Positions 62,898 to 64,000 of a stretch of DNA of 64,000 nucleotides are shown here, one piece after another. How positions within the stretch are numbered: position 1 is the first letter of the stretch; each line of letters begins with the position of its first letter. Both the position numbers and the translations under genes were made by a program. This DNA comes from an archaeon (lineage in GTDB: Archaea > Nanobdellota > Nanobdellia > Pacearchaeales > GW2011-AR1). The notes below the pieces were generated by a model. That model searched no databases. It had not been told where the DNA came from and saw only the letters and a program-made list of their open reading frames with translations. The stretch is taken from positions 292 to 64,291 of the forward strand of contig JABHTJ010000001.1 in the NCBI GenBank assembly GCA_018697295.1, in the 5' to 3' direction.

Positions 62898-64000
62898 AAA
62901 TCACTTTCAGGATCTGGCTCCTAATAATCTTCATAGTTCTCTCGGCAATCTCAATTTTTGGGATTCCTCCAATTGCATTTGAAAAAGGTTTACTCGTAGA
63001 CACTGTAGAACAAAATTCAGACATTTTCGATCAAGGACTTCGTAGCGGAATGAAAATAATTTCTATAAATGATGTTCCTGTAAACACCTTAGCAGATTAC
63101 GCAACCGCATTAGGACCAGTATCAAATCTAGAAGAAAATCAGACAATAAAAGTAACTATCGTCACAGAGACTTTAGAAATAATTAATTTGTTTGACAAAT
63201 CTTTAATCGACGACATTTCAGTAAAAGAGCTTGCAAGGAGTAGAATCAAAACAGGACTTGATCTCCAAGGGGGTTCTCGTGCCCTCATAAAAGCTGACGT
63301 TCCATTAACAATTGAACAATTAAATGATTTAATCGCAGTTTCAGAACAAAGATTGAATGTATATGGATTGTCTGACGTGAAATTTTTCAAAGTAATTACA
63401 TCTGAACAAGAAAATGTAATGGGAATTGAAATCGCAGGTTCATCTCCCGAAGATTTAGAAGAACTTATTGCAAAACAAGGACACTTTGAAGCAAAGATAG
63501 GAAATGAAACAGTATTTGTCGGAGGAGATAAAGATATTACTCATGTGGGAAGAACTGGAACTGATGCTTACATAAGCGAATGTTATCCTGTTCAAGAGGG
63601 AGAAGCATGTAACTTCCAATTTGTAATTTTCTTGTCTGAAGAGGCTGCACAAAGGCACGCAGACATAACTGACGAATTAACTTTTGAAGGAGCTTATCTC
63701 AGCGAACAATTAGACTTTTATATCGACGGACAACTAACCTCTTCTCTTAACATTGGTGCAGACCTAAAAGGCTCAGTCGCAACGCAAATTCAAATCTCTG
63801 GTTCAGGAACTGGGCTTACAACACAAGAAGCAATAGAAAATGCGGAACAAGAAATGAAACAACTCCAAACAATTTTAATTACTGGTTCCCTTCCATTCCA
63901 ATTAGAAATTATAAAAATTGATAAAATCTCGCCAAACCTTGGAGAAGAATTCACAAGACAAATTTTAATCGCAGGACTTTTCGCAATCCTTGCAGTTTCA
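62894..64000 (+). CDS. secD: Protein-export membrane protein SecD (3-prime end beyond the window)
   Basis: Own translation: MKITFRIWLLIIFIVLSAISIFG.., PDZ-like GLRSGMKIISINDVPV, and a GLDLQGGSRALIK motif. Open through position 64000; not in the ORF track. Confidence 0.75.
   Translation, partial: MKITFRIWLLIIFIVLSAISIFGIPPIAFEKGLLVDTVEQNSDIFDQGLRSGMKIISINDVPVNTLADYATALGPVSNLEENQTIKVTIVTETLEIINLFDKSLIDDISVKELARSRIKTGLDLQGGSRALIKADVPLTIEQLNDLIAVSEQRLNVYGLSDVKFFKVITSEQENVMGIEIAGSSPEDLEELIAKQGHFEAKIGNETVFVGGDKDITHVGRTGTDAYISECYPVQEGEACNFQFVIFLSEEAAQRHADITDELTFEGAYLSEQLDFYIDGQLTSSLNIGADLKGSVATQIQISGSGTGLTTQEAIENAEQEMKQLQTILITGSLPFQLEIIKIDKISPNLGEEFTRQILIAGLFAILAVS

Overview
AT-rich, tightly packed archaeal chromosomal segment. 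The archaeal assignment rests on PolD DP1/DP2, Orc1/Cdc6, aEF-1beta, RpoD/F/N, an archaeal-type ribosomal protein cluster and leaderless-style TATA boxes. The many overlapping genes and numerous pilin-like proteins with class III signal peptides fit a small-genome DPANN-like lineage, but that lineage call is inference only. Core content: RPA, aEF-1beta, a full type IV pilus-like operon (2.5-11.2 kb), split Hef helicase/nuclease, deoxyhypusine synthase, an M16 peptidase, and a Dph6-like/GATase/methyltransferase trio. It also holds a Cys/Asp-repeat surface protein next to an S8 protease, and a DRG-like GTPase. A predicted oriC with three ORB-like boxes sits directly upstream of orc1-polD. Further right are the S13-S4-S11-RpoD-L18e-L13-S9 cluster, a MacB-type ABC transporter, 5S rRNA, five tRNAs and SecF/SecD. 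No CRISPR array or IS element was seen. Accessory or odd regions: (1) 43.7-50.5 kb is a recombinase-rich island. It contains paralogous wHTH proteins, mirror-image repeat arms flanking a 2.3 kb module, iteron-like repeats, an HNH protein, a Xer-type recombinase and a catalytic-domain-less recombinase-domain protein. (2) At the island edge is a 237-aa ORF whose motifs and spacings match tRNA-dependent cyclodipeptide synthases; this is my top lead. (3) 32.3-34.9 kb is a decaying second pilus locus: a canonical pilin with an in-frame TAA, a FlaJ-like remnant with an in-frame TGA, and a tRNA-Ser with a duplicated 5-prime end. All family calls are by-eye motif recognition without database searches.
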